A DNA stretch of 64,000 nt from Azolla caroliniana (lineage: Eukaryota; Plantae; Polypodiophyta): positions 18,910,001 through 18,974,000 of the forward strand of contig JBHGNT010000005.1 in assembly GCA_043228905.1 (NCBI GenBank). The letters are read 5' to 3'. The position numbers and the translations under genes were made by a program. Of the stretch, positions 37,301-50,100 are shown piece after piece; position 1 is the first letter of the stretch, and every line of letters starts with the position of its first letter. The notes beneath the pieces are model-generated. The model searched no databases, was not told the DNA's origin, and was given only the letters and a program-made list of their open reading frames with translations.

Positions 37301-38410
37301 AAGCAGGCTCCCCGGCAATGGTATCGGAAGTTCGACTCCTTCATGACCGACGAAGGGTACCTCAAAACGCAGTCCGACCACTGCGTGTTTGTGAAGAAGT
37401 TCGAAGGAGGAGACTTTCTAATACTCCTCCTGTACGTGGACGACATGTTGATCGTCGGACGGGACCAGGTCAAGATACGGATGCTGAAGAAGGCTCTTCA
37501 CCGAACCTTCTCAATGAAGGACCTGGGTCCGGCGAGGCAAATACTAGGGATGCACATCATCCGGGACCGGAAGAAGAAGCAGTTGTGGCTGTCACAGGAG
37601 AAGTACGTGACGAAGGTGCTTCACCGGTTCAACATGTCGGAAGCAAGACCGGTCGGATCGACTCTCCCGGCAAACTGCAAGCTGTCCAGCAAGCAAAGTC
37701 CCAAGACAAAGGCTGAAAAGGAGGATATGATGAAAGTGCCGTATGCCTCAGCCGTCGGGAGCTTGATGTACGCCATGGTGTGTACGAGACCGGACATCGG
37801 ATATGCAGTCGGAGTGGTGAGCCGGTACATGAGCAATCCCGGCAAAGAGCATTGGAACGCGGCCAAGTGGATACTCCGATACTTGAAGGGCACAGCGAAT
37901 GTGTGCCTCCGATTCGGCTCCGGTAAACCCGAACTCGACGGTTTCACCGATTCGGATATGTCGGCTGATGCAGATACCAGCCGGTCCACATCAGGGTATG
38001 TGATGACGTATGCAGGGGGAGCTGTTTCATGGCAGTCGAGGCTGCAGAAGACGGTTGCGTTGTCAACCACGGAGGCGGAGTACATGGCAACTGTTGAAGC
38101 CGGCAAGGAAATAATATGGATGAAGGACTTCATTAGAGAGCTCGGTATCCAACAGGAGGAGTACCGACTCTACTGCGATAGTCAGAGTGCAATCCACCTT
38201 GCGAAGAACGCGGCCTATCACTCCCGGACGAAGCACATCCAGCGAAGATATCACTGGATCCGGGAAAGGATAGAAGACAAGGAGTTCGTGCTGACGAAGA
38301 TCCACACGGACGAGAACGGGTCGGATATGCTAACCAAGGTGCTCACACCCGACAAGCTGGAAGCATGCCGGAAGAGGATCGGATTGGAGAGACATCCCAT
38401 GCCGAAGTGA
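34337..38410 (+). pseudogene. gag-pol: Copia gag-PR-INT-RT-RNase H polyprotein with a single in-frame TAA at 34862-34864
   Basis: CFHCGKPGHFRKNC, WVVDSGAS, WHKRLCH, VHTDVC, RADNGGEY, QMDVKTAFLHG, LYVDDM, SDMLTK. ORFs 34328 and 34883 are in the same frame. Confidence 0.95.
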
Positions 38411-38420
38411 AGGGGGAGTT

Positions 38421-39037
38421 TGTTGGGATTTCGGTCCCTTTCGGATGGGATGGTCGGATATCGGAGATGAATGCCGACAAGCCCGGTTTCGGTTTCGGAT
38501 CCGGATGACGAAGACCCCGGCTTCGGTGCCGGATGACGAATGTACCCGGAGAGCGATCCGGATGCAGGGACATATCCGTGAATATGTTCGCTATGGGCCC
38601 CTGAGGCTATAGTTGTAAATAGCCCAAAGTCATATAAGTATAAATATGACTTAGGGCAAACAGTTTTACTGTTGCTTCTCATTTTTCTGTTTTTCCACTT
38701 TTAGAGGAGTGAAGAGAGAGCAGCCGTGAGAGAGAGAGCAGCCGTGAGAGAGAGAGAGCGTGAGAGAGGAAGAGGTCGACGCCTCTGTGTAATACCGCCG
38801 CCTGTGGCGAAGAAAGCGAGCTCAAGGTCGTTGCCTTGCAGCTCGCCATTGTATATTTCTCTGTGCATAGTTTGGTTTGGAGTCTCGCACTCCCGTGGTT
38901 TTTCCCGTATAGGGTTTTCCACGTTAATCCCTGTGTATCGTGTCTTTCTCTGTATTTCCTATTTTCTGCTGCATTGATTCGCGATTACTCGGTTGTGGCC
39001 GAGTGGTGAAGGTGAATAGAAGGGTCTATTCCCAACA
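38421..39037 (+). repeat. 3' LTR of G
   Basis: Repeat of 33691-34307. Confidence 0.97.
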
Positions 39038-40677
39038 GTTTCCGGATGGTCTCCTGCGTCTCCCATTCCTTGGCCATGCCCTTCGACCTTGTGGTCACCT
39101 GCTGCAGATATGCCACCTCAGGGACTACCATATTTACCGTCGGTCGTTTTTCATAGCTCTTCACCGGGCATTGATTACTATAATGGCCTTCCTGTCGGCA
39201 GTAGTAGCAGTAGGCTTTCCGGGTATTGCTGGATTCGGCATTGTCTATTGTACCCAAGACAGGTCCTGTGGTACGCGCGGGGTTTTGGGCGGTTGGCTGC
39301 TTGAAGCTCCTTGTTCCGGATCCCGTGGGTGGCCGCCTTTTTTGAAATGTCGTTTTTTGTTATAGCTCTTCTTATTGCGGTACTCTTGACGGGGTTGCCC
39401 GTTATATCTGCCGTATTCCTCCCGTTGCTGACGATACCCGGGGGAGTGCTCCCGGTCGTAATGTTCGTATCGTCTATTATAATCCCGGTACCGATCATGC
39501 CGATCATAGTTATCCCGCTGATCACCGTACCGGACATCATTCTCCCGTCGATCGCCATACCGGACATCCTGTGCCGGTCGATCGCGGTCCATTCGCCGCC
39601 AGCGTTCCTCTTCTTCATCCTGGCTGCTATGTGGCTCAATTTGTCGGACGGGCGGTGCTTGCCGGTTCAATAGATTATACTCGCACCTATCCGTCGTATG
39701 GCCCTTGGATTGACAAATTACACATTGCGTCCTCATAGTGCATTCTAGAGCCGAGTGTCCGGAATTCAAGCAGGTTGTGCACTGTATTGCTTGTCGAAAC
39801 TGGAGGTCTTCATCGGACGGTAACGCCCGTTGGAGTGCTCCCAGTGTGAGCCAGGAGCTTGTCTTTTCCATCTCTCTCACCCGGTCAATGACCTGGTTGA
39901 TGGTACTTGTGCGGAAGTCAATTACCGTGCAAACCGTGCGTAGGGGTTCTCGGAGCGCGTTTAGGAATATAGTCCGTAATTCCTCCTCTGGGGGTGCGCG
40001 GGCAAGCTGACTATGCATCCGTTGAAACCAGATGACAAACTGGGGAATGCTCTCCCCTGCTTCCTGTTGGATGGTATAAAATAAGCCTACCATTACGGTC
40101 TGGTCCACCTCCTTTTGGAAAAAATGCAAGAATTTAGCTTTTAAATCTGCAAAGGTGTTGATGGTAGACGGGTCCTGCGTCCGGCGCCATCTTGCTGCCG
40201 GTCCCTCCAATGTGACGCCAAATTCCGCTATCTTAGAGCGTTCCTCTTCATCCGGGGTTAATCGCTGGAACACATGGTTGGCTTCCCATGTCTGTTCAAA
40301 GGCGTGCACATGAGCTTCCGCGTCCGGATCATCTCTATACTTGGAGTACTGGAACGACATGTCGTCGTCCGGTATCGGTGCGCGGGCGGGCAGTGTTGGT
40401 GCTCGTTCCGGGATTTTCTCCGGCGTCGGTGGTCTTTCCCGATTTGTTTCCGGTGTTGGTGGTCTTTCCTCTTCTTTTGGTGACGGAGGCCTCTCCTCTT
40501 CGACTTCCGGTGTCGGAGGTCGCTCTTCCTCTACTGGTTCTAGGGGTTCCAACGTTAGCACTTCCGGTTCCGGTGTCAGTAAGGTATCCGATCCTTCGTC
40601 CTCCGGTCTGGTTGATCTAGTCATCCATCCGTGTCGTCGTTCGCTGCAAAAACAGGAATCGTGGTCGCCAAAAACTG

Positions 40678-41100
40678 TGTTAACTCTTAGGGCCGGACAA
40701 TGGCCTAACACAGGGTGTCTACGGAAGACACTTCACCAAAGGGGTGTTACGGCAACAAGGTTAGACTCAACGATTAATCCGACTTAATTAGGTTACTTAG
40801 CATGATCGTCTTGAATAATCACACGCGTAAGATATAACAATGAATGGAGAACGGCAATTAACACAAAGAGATAACAACACTAAGCTTTATTAATTAACCG
40901 TTATCCATTACATTGTATCCGGGCCTTTAAATAGGTTTCCGGTCTTTATTACAAAACGGTGCCATCCGCACCTGTTCGGGATCGGTTCGGATCCAGAATG
41001 GCATACCGATTCCGGTTCGTCCGTCCACACTCATAGCTTACTTACAACCATTCCTACTAATTAAATAACTCCCCGTTTCACACTCTGGACTCCTTTGCCG
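40678..41100 (-). repeat. 5' LTR of F (outer end truncated)
   Basis: Matches 26193-26615. The terminal GCTGGTAACA and the expected TSD AACCC are absent. Confidence 0.92.
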
Positions 41101-41154
41101 CCCCAAACGATCCTGCCTTCACGTGTCCACTATCGTGTGAATCTTCACACACTA

Positions 41155-42433
41155 TGTAAAAAAATAATGAAATAATTATTATAGATTAGATTAGTAGCTT
41201 ACTATAGAAAGATGGATATACTCAAGAGCTTCAAAATGTATTTACTATATACAAAATGGAGAAATATATATCAAGTTATGTGAAAATAAAGTTTGAGAAG
41301 ATAGGGAAATTAGAACTATCCCACATAGATAGGAAAGTTAAGGCCCTAGCTATATAAGCACCTTGAGCTCCCTCATTTTTCATTTGTGCTAAGAGCACTT
41401 TGGCCACTTTGTCTTAATGGATGATAGTGGCCAAATTCCCTAAAACCGGAAACCGGCCGGTAAACAAATCTAGAAACCGGTCGGTAAGCAAATCCGGAAA
41501 CTGGTCCGGTAAGCAAATTTGGAAACCGGCCGATATGCAAACTGGAAATTGGCCGGCAAGCAAAACCGAAACCGGAACTGGCAAGCAAATCGGAATTGGA
41601 ACCGGCAAGCAAATTGGCACCGGAATCGGCCGACAAGCAAAACCAGAACCGGAACCGGCAAGAAAACCAGAACCGCAACCGACAAGCAAAATGGAACCGG
41701 CCGGCGAGGGATTCGGCGATCGGGCGGAACCAACTACCAGACGAGGTTGGACGCGGACGGACGGAAGATTGATCATGCAACAAACTAAAGTAAAGTGAAG
41801 AGAACTAAAGTAAAGGCCATGTGGACGCAAGCAAATAAAGTTGGAGTGCATGCAAAAAGTAAAGGTCATGTGGACGGTCGCATGCAACTAAAAGAAAAAG
41901 CCATGCAACTAAAAGAAGAACCTAAGCAACTAAAAGTAGAGGCCATGCAACAAAAAGTAGACATGCATATGATCAACGGGGAATACCATATATATTCCAT
42001 TTTTTTTCCTATACTTGGACTCACTCTCCATATTATCTTAATTTTTTTCCTTTCCTTTCGGAGCTCTCTTATCTTATCAAAGCCAAGAACCCTAAATTTC
42101 CTTACGGAAGTCATAAACCCTAATTTCCTAATCAAAGCCATATAACTCAAAAACCCTAATTTTCGAATTGAAGCTAAAAAACCCTATTATTCTAATTAAA
42201 TCCATATTTCATTTCTTCTAATCTATTACTCTAGTCATCTCCATTAGCAAATTTTTTGTAATCCCAATCTTGGGATTAATTGTAATCTTTCTTTCCCTTT
42301 ATTAATGAAATTTGTGAATCTTTATCATTTTGTATTAATTGTTTAATATAATCATACGAATCTAATATCTTCCGGTCGGAGGCCTCGGGGTCCTGCCTCA
42401 AAGTTCACGTATCCTCGTCGTATTTCCGCGACA
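41155..42433 (+). mobile_element. Probable solo or partial LTR distantly related to the A LTR
   Basis: Shares ATCCCACATAG...TATATAAG...AAAACCGG layout with the A LTR. Internal ACCGGCAAGCAAA-type tandem repeats at ~41445-41700. Ends ATTTCCGCGACA. No PBS follows, no TSD found, left boundary uncertain. Confidence 0.55.
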
Positions 42434-43080
42434 CCGTTGTTGCACAAATAATAGTCGTAGTGCATTCTTAACACTTTGACCGTGAGGAAGAGCGCACAAC
42501 AAGGATATTGTGCAACTAAAGGACACATGAAAGGGAGTAGTAAGAACCAATAGAGAAAAGAGCAATAGGCAGCCAAGTGTGAAACAACCACACTCACAAT
42601 GTAAAACCTATATAAACCACATAATGGTGTCTTTGTAAGGATTCATCCATTTATAAAGACCTCCTCAGTGATTAAGAGCTCTAAAGTGTCCTCTCCTCTT
42701 TCTTGTAATCCTCAAGCTAAAGAGAGAATAACGATAGTGTTTAGTAGAGAAACACTAATCTCTCTTCCTTTGTTGGAGATGAGACTGTCAGTGTGGAATC
42801 AGAAACAACATGTAGGTGTTGAAGAACACCAAGTTGATGATAGCAGAATCAAATGAACTGATTAGAAACAAAGATGAACACGACAACTGAATGAAACTCA
42901 AGACCAAAGACAGGGAGTGAGAGAGACAAAGATGTGCACAATGTAATTGTATTATTCCAAAGAAGTTACAATCAAAGAATGGCAACAACAACCCCATAAA
43001 CTAGATTACAAAGCTAGTTATATACTAACTGGGCTAGGGTAGCTATCCTTCTACATATTTACATAATTGTCCTAAACCTA

Positions 43081-43218
43081 GTTTGTCCAAGCGGGACAGT
43101 GTGAATATGACCATTATACACTTGTATTCGATATCCTTGTTGGTGCTAAGTCTGTCCAAGTGGGACAATGTGAATATGACCATTATACACTCGTATTCGA
43201 CATCCTTGTTGGTGCTAG
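43081..43218. repeat. 69-bp tandem duplication in a degenerate TE remnant (possibly a Copia RNase H C-terminus on the minus strand)
   Basis: 43081-43149 is approximately repeated at 43150-43218. The minus-strand translation ...RLDKLGL only weakly resembles a Copia C-terminus. Confidence 0.6.
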
Positions 43219-43799
43219 ACCTCTTAGCAAGAGGGTTAATAAACATATTCTTTATTTCCAATTGTCTAAGAGAGTGAGTGTGAGAGAGATATTAGTGCTA
43301 ATCATTTGTTAATCGTTAAGAGAGTGTGAGGTTCACGGGTGCTTGACAACCACCCTTGCCTAGTTTGCCACCAAAAGGGAATACGTCAGTCCAAGCTTCG
43401 CAAACGACATCGAGTGAAGGTTTAACTTCATCGATTCATAGAAATGTTCTCCGTGAGGTGCACAGATCCTACACAGCTCTCCCTACGATGGCTGGGTTCC
43501 TGCATTAATGCGTATCTCCAATGAGTCGGGGCTCTTACGATTCGGATGGTTCGGGTTCGTCGGGCTCCCAATAAAGTGAATTTATCCAGATCACACGGTG
43601 CAGATCGCACGCGCACGCGCCCTGCACTGTCCGTGGCCGCGATGCCCTCGCCAGGCGGGCCTATATTATGATTTGGTAGCAAGTTAGACCATTCTGATGA
43701 ATTTCATTTTGGATAGCAGAGATGCAGAAGAGAGCAACACCCAACAACACAACACAAACTTAACACACTACAAAATCCTTGCTCTCTCATCATATATTC

Positions 43800-44101
43800 T
43801 CTCGATCTTCTTCTCCTTCTCTTTCTTCCTTCTCCTTCTCCTTCTCTTCCTTCTCCTTCTTCTCCTTCTTCATCAATCAGACTCTTGAGAGAATTGTTTA
43901 GCCACTCCACTCCACTCTGTCTCTCTGTCTGTTCCTCTGTCCGTCTGACAGACTAAGAGGCCACGAAAGCTTCCTCTCTCTCTCTGATCTGGAACCATTT
44001 CCCAGAACAAGCAAAAAAAAGCAAAACGCCGCGAACAGCTTTCCTCCTCCCTCTGTTGTCTCTCGCTCTCGTTCCGATTCTTCTTCTTCTTCTTCTTCTT
44101 C
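43800..44101 (+). repeat. CT/CTT-rich microsatellite tracts in the promoter/5' UTR region of THO2
   Basis: Pyrimidine tracts at 43800-43870 and (CTT)n at ~44079-44101, just upstream of the ATG at 44109. Confidence 0.7.
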
Positions 44102-44108
44102 ATCGGCA

Positions 44109-47100
44109 ATGGCCGTGGAACGGAAGCATGTCAGCGAGGAGCTCATTCGTATTTGGAAGACCTCCTCAAGCTCTCAGAAGCTCCATGTTCAAGTTCCTCC
44201 TGCACGCTTCATCTACGAGCTCTGCTGGACTGTGGTGAGTGCCTTTCTCCTATTATTTTACCTTTTCCTTTGCTCTGTTGTCGCAATTTCTTTCCCCTAT
44301 TTGTTTTCTCTGCTCGAAGACAAGAACATGGCAATCCTGTAGACTGCGTTCGAAAACGTGTACTTCATTTCTGCCTTTCATTATCCTGTAGAAAATGAGA
44401 TTTTATTTGCTTTTTCAAGAGAAGGGAATCATGAGGAAGTAACTCGTGTCTAAGAAAAAAAAGCTTTGTTTCTGCTTTGTGTCTCACGAGGAGAATCAGA
44501 TTTTATTTTCTCGTTTCAAGAGAAGGAAATGGTGAAAAACAAAACTTCAACTCCTACTCAAGGGAAAATGCCATTTCTTATGAAGAGAAAAAGCAGATTT
44601 TATTTGATGAAGAGAAGGGAATGGTAAGAATGTAGCTCATATTTGAGGAAAGCAGATAGTTTTTTCTTGGAAAAGCAGATTGCATTTGCTGAAGAGAGGA
44701 AATGATGAAGAAGAAGCTTGCGCTCAAGGAAAGTACAATGTTTTCTTTCTAATGAAGAAGAAAAGGGGATTTTATTCGATGGAGAGAAGGAAATGATGGG
44801 GAAGTTGGTCGTGCTCAAGGAAAGCATATTTTAGTTGCTGAAGAGAAGGAAATGGCGGGAAAGTAGCCCATGTTCAAGGAAAGAAGACGTTTTTCTTTCT
44901 TATGAAGGGTAAAAACAGATTTTATTTGCTGAAGAGAATGAACGCATATTTAAGGAGAGCTAGCTTTTGCTAATCTTATGAATAGGAAAAGCAGACAGTA
45001 TTCGATGAAAAGAGGGAAATGGTCAGGAAGTAGTTTGTCTTCAAGGAAAGTAGACTTTTCCTTTCTTATGAAGATGATAACTGGATTCTATTTGCTGAAG
45101 AGAATGAACTCATATTTAAGGAGAGAAAACCTTTTTCTTTCTTATGAATCGGAAAAACAGACTTTATTTGATGAAAAGAAGGAAATGGTCCAGAAGTAGC
45201 TAGTATTCAAAGAAAACTAAAGAGAAGGATCGGTGAACAGTTGCATTATTTCAGAAGTTTATGGGAAATTGTGAATTTCAAAAGTAGATTAAAATATCAT
45301 AAGTGTCATCAGATTAAGAAGGAATGTGGAGTCCAAATTTCCCCAAAAGAATCAATCTAAGAGCCTGATCTGATGGTTTGAAGAGACTTCAAGTTGTGTA
45401 ACGAACAAAATCAGATAAAAGTTTGGAGTTGTAGTTTCAGCTCAAAGAATGGCCTTGTTCTGGTTCTGATGCTCATTTGAAACAAATGAAAATGCAGAAG
45501 TGAGCATGATTTATCCATTCCTTCTCTATCCAAAGTAAACAGATTAACATAGATGTCCTCATTCCTAACTTTCAATAGGAATCAGCAACGGTTTGGTTTG
45601 AGCCAAATTTGAGCTGCAAAACCGTGGCTTTAATGGTTCAACCGTTTCATTTTGGTTCAGGTTTGAAATTTGTAAATGATTCACTTCGGGTTCAGATTGG
45701 CGTGGGGGGTTGATGGGTTCAGTTTGAGCCTTTATCAGTGTAACGGTTTAATGACTAACTTTATAAATGATGTAATATATATCATGAGGTTTTAACCTTG
45801 AACCTTAACAATTCTTTAAGATTTTAGTTTTCTATTGAGTGTTAAAAAAATAACTCTTTTGTGCAAAATTGAAAATTGAGTGTACAGCCGCCAATAATTC
45901 TGTTTGAGCTGAAACTAAATGGCAGCATAATGGTTCATAGATCTCTTGAGCCATTTGTTTTGAGCTTGAAATCCCTCAAATGGTTTGGTTTAAAGGTTTA
46001 CATTAAATGCTAGTCTATGAACTTCAAATTGCCAGGAAGTTGCCTATCTTTATCTCTAATATTTTGTATCGGGTCCTGATGGACTAATCTAAGGACAATG
46101 CTTCAGATATTCCTGTGGTTCTTATTAGGTTAAATGCCTTGCCCACATCAGATTCCAGAACTTGTAATTACCTGAGACGTCAGAAACAACAGACAAATCT
46201 GGATTCATAAACTATAATTGAGATTGACAATAAGCCATGATTCTTATTAATTATAGGGTTCAGGTAATTGTTTGGGTAAGCAGGTGGCCTACATTAGATG
46301 CTACTCTATGAAAACTCAAATTGTCAGGAAGTTTCCTCTCTTTATCCCTAGTAGTTAATATTGGGTCATGATGGGCGAATCTGAGGATGGCGATTCAATA
46401 TTCCTGTAATTCTATGATTATTAGGTTAAATGTCTTGCCCATATCAGACTCCAGAACCCTTAATTATGTGAGACATCAGAAATAATGGAAAATGCCGGAT
46501 TAGTAAACAATGATTCCAATTAACAATAAGCCATGATTCCTATTAATTGTAAGTTTCATATAATTGTTTGCCATTGTAGGTGGCCTACATTAGATACTAC
46601 TCTATGAACCTTAATTGATCAGGAAGTTGCTTATCTTTATCTCTATTATTTCATATCAGGTTCTGATGAACTAATCTGAGGACAATGATTTAGATATTCC
46701 TTTTGTTTCACTTGATATTTCATGTGATGAAGCAGATATTCTTATCATTGGGGCAGTTGTCAAGTGAGCGACAAGAAAGTGCCAGATGTTATTAGTGTAT
46801 GATATGATTCAAATTAACCAAATGTTGATCATGAAAAAAATTCTAAAATTATAATGCAAGTATACCAAATTCAGTAATGTAATTTATTATCATTCAATCA
46901 GTTTAGAATTGTTGTGACATTGAAAACTATTTTCTGTTATGGTAATTAGGATTCACTTTTCAGAGGTGATGTGATTGTTTGAATATGTGAACTTGTTATA
47001 TGCTTGATTTTCTGAGGTGGAGAACAGGTTATGAAGGGTTGAATGCTAATTTGAAGTATTGACACAATAGAACTAGATGCAATTGTTTGCTAATTATCAA

Positions 47101-50100
47101 TGGAAAATGTTCATAGGTTCGTGGCGATTTACCTCTGAATAAGTTTCGACTTGCTTGGGATTCTGTGGACTTTGCTGAAACTGTAATAAAAGAGGAACAG
47201 TCATCCTTGCTTGCAGATACAATTGCTCATATGGGCCAGGAGGTATGTAGGAATCTCTGTTGTTTTCTTTGATTGTCCTATTCCTCTCTCCAATATCACT
47301 GTGATTGTTTGCAGTTAACTCTAACTGGAGATATGAGGATTCAACTAATTGAATTGGTAATGTGGATTATGTTCTTCATTTTATCTCTCCTAATGATGTA
47401 TCAAGCCATCAATTTTCTAAATTTTCGTTTCCATAAAGTTTCAGTTCTTTTTTTTTCATGTAATCTTAGGCTAAGTTGCTGGTTGACAATGGACTTGTTA
47501 GTGTGAGATTGCTTCAGGAGCGTTGTGAGGTACCTGAGTAATATATATGTCATTTTAAATTCCTGTGACAGTCCTGTAATCTATACATTATTGATTTCTG
47601 GTGTACTTGCTTGTTTCTTAGGCAGAATTTCTATGGGAAGCAGAAATGATCAAAATTAAAGCACCTGATTTAAAATCAAAGGAGGTGAGTGCGTGCTTAC
47701 ATGCCGTAGTGCAGTATTAAGATAGAGATGGAATCAGCACCTGGTGTTTATGTATTCTGATTTGTTTGAATCTAGTTGAATTGATGTATGAGTCTTCTTT
47801 GCATTGTGAATAACTTATCTTTAATGTTTCATGCTCCACTACTTCTTATTGGAAGTTTATGGACATAAAAATAAAGGACATCTTACTCAAGAATCATTAT
47901 ATCACATCCTAAGTGCTAATTATGCCCATGTATTAACTGCATAAGTATCATAAAGTCTGATTGATTAGAAACCACTTTAATCATTTGATGTGGCCAATCA
48001 TGTTTTAGATTCTTGAATCTGCAAACTTGATACTTGATAATGTGTGATTATCTATGCTGAAACCTGAGAATTTAATCATGTAATGTGTCTTAATTGTCCT
48101 GTTTAAGTAATCCTATTAGAAGAGATATCCCTATATTTGAAGAAAGGAGTGTAGTATTTTCTGCTGTTCTAAAAATGTGTTCTGGTTGTCATGTATAGGA
48201 AAGGGAAACTCCTGCATTAGACACTGATATGAAACTTAAATCATACAATGTGGCTATTAATTTATACATAGTTCTGGATGGAAACAAACACATGTTTTCA
48301 CTGTATTGTCTGGACGCTTGTATGTATTTCCTATATGGTTTTGAAATAGATTTCTCTTATTTTATTCTGGACAGTAGACTTCCTTCGTCTCTACGCCTTC
48401 TCATCATTCTGTGGATGAGCAATAAAAGTGCAATGTGTCGTTTCATGTTGACATGGTAGGGAATACTGGCCATAGGATCTACTTCACAATATGCATGAAT
48501 TGTTATGATTTTTTTGTGTACTGTGCTCTTGTAGTTACATATTTCTAGTTTTACCCTCTGTTGTTTATTTTTTTATTACTCGTCTTTAATTCTTTAATTG
48601 ATTTACATGTGTGCATAAAATTTAATCTCTTATTCAGTCTTATATGACATTTTGGCTTTGTAAAAAACTTTAATATATCTTTCTCTTATTATCGCTTCGG
48701 AGACATTTCCATTCTGGATCGACCTATGCTAGAGATCTTTCGAAGACAAAAGCTACAATATACCTAACTTGAGAATCTCACATGTGCCAAAAACCAGATT
48801 CCCTCGTTTTTTCTCTTTTCATCTTATTTACATTTATATTTACTGTGTAATATTTATTTTATTTTGATTTGTTCTCAAAGACGAGAAAACACTCAAAATG
48901 TAATCTCTTATTTGGTCTTATTGGCCATTTTGGCCTCTTAAAAGACGTTAATATATCTTTCTTTCTTTCTTTCTTTCTTAGAAAAGGCTTTCCATTAGTT
49001 GTACAAAAGAAATTCAGGTTATTGAGAGGACCAGCACATAAGAAACCATAGAGAAATAAGACTATTCTATACTTGTATCATCTTGATCACTTTGAACTCT
49101 GTAGCCAGTTTTATTGTTTATATCTTGTGTTTGCATTTTTCTTTCTTCATTTTGTATACAGAACACTTTATGCTGTGCACTAGATTTGTGCTGTTGCACA
49201 ATTTTGCCTTGAGAAAATATTTATGACTTCCATTTGTATTGTATCATTCTTCTTTTGTATTCTCTTCCTGGTGTCCTCTCTCTGCTCTCGGGATATACTT
49301 GTGAAAATGCTATGGGAAACAGCGTTGATTAGTTCTCCACAGAAGCTAGAGGTGTTTGAATTAATATTAAGATTGAAGTTCCACTCTCAATAGAACTTAT
49401 AATTTTAAGAGCAACATGACTTTTTGATTGTCGTACATTCCCATTGTTATGTAAGCACTCATAGGAAAATACAAAATCCTCTACTTTTTATTTCCAGGTT
49501 AGAGTTAATACACGATTGCTGTATCAGCAGACAAAGTTCAATCTTCTACGAGAGGAAAGTGAAGGCTATGCAAAGCTGGTATGAATAATGAAATGGGACA
49601 TAATCTGAGTTAATGGATGCTTTATTTTTGGTAAAGTTGATTTTGTGTAGGTTCATTCGTTTTCTTTTTCTTTTGATGGATCTAGCAGGGTACACTCTTA
49701 ATTCGGAGGGGCCAGGATGGGTTGATTAAGCAGACAGTTCCTGTTGTGATAAGCACTATCAAGGTTTCCTTTATAGTTTACATACCCTTGTGATTTTGTT
49801 TATGGCAGTTAATGAATAGTCATGCTTTGAAGTTGATCTACTTCATGATTACTAATGAATTGAAATTCAATAAAATCAAGTTTTTCTTAGAACTATTTTT
49901 ATGCTAGAATCTAGAACTTGGGCTTTCTGAAAGGAGTCGCTAAAGCTTCTGAAAACTTACAAGAAAACAAATAGAAGATGTCCTTGTAATGTGGACTACT
50001 ACTAGGAGAATATGGTGCAAGTAAAAGTGAGTGAAATAAAGGATCCAGCAAGAATATGGTGTTGTCAACATTTTCTAGATATCCATGAATTCCATCTTTG

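Larger units (their letters stand above)
33691..39037 (+). mobile_element. Element G: full-length Ty1/Copia LTR retrotransposon (Tnt1/Tork-like)
   Basis: 617-bp LTRs 33691-34307 and 38421-39037, one difference seen by eye. TSD GTTTC at 33686-33690 and 39038-39042. PBS TGGTATCAGAGC (tRNA-iMet) 34311-34322. PPT GAAGGGGGAG 38409-38418. Confidence 0.98.
29831..40624 (-). pseudogene. gag-pol: gag-pol of F, split by G (gag 40624-39043; PR-RT-RH-INT 33685-29831)
   Basis: ORFs 39245-40711, 31838-33574 (VIDGGSG, LLLGRPWL, RT) and 30083-31834 (RH, INT). The RT motif is mutated to FLNDF. Confidence 0.92.
26193..41100 (-). mobile_element. Element F: second B-family Ty3/Gypsy element, containing Copia G
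   Basis: 3' LTR 26193-26625. 5' LTR 40678-41100 lacks its outer ~10 bp. PBS 40661-40670. Colinear with B throughout. Confidence 0.94.

Noticed and set aside
41373-41887. Repetitive ORFs on both strands (KTGNRPV.../GSGSGFA...)
   Set aside because: They arise from short tandem repeats inside an LTR-like sequence.
42110-42190. AAACCCTAA motifs as an interstitial telomere
   Set aside because: Only about three dispersed units inside an LTR-like region; at most telo-box-like motifs.
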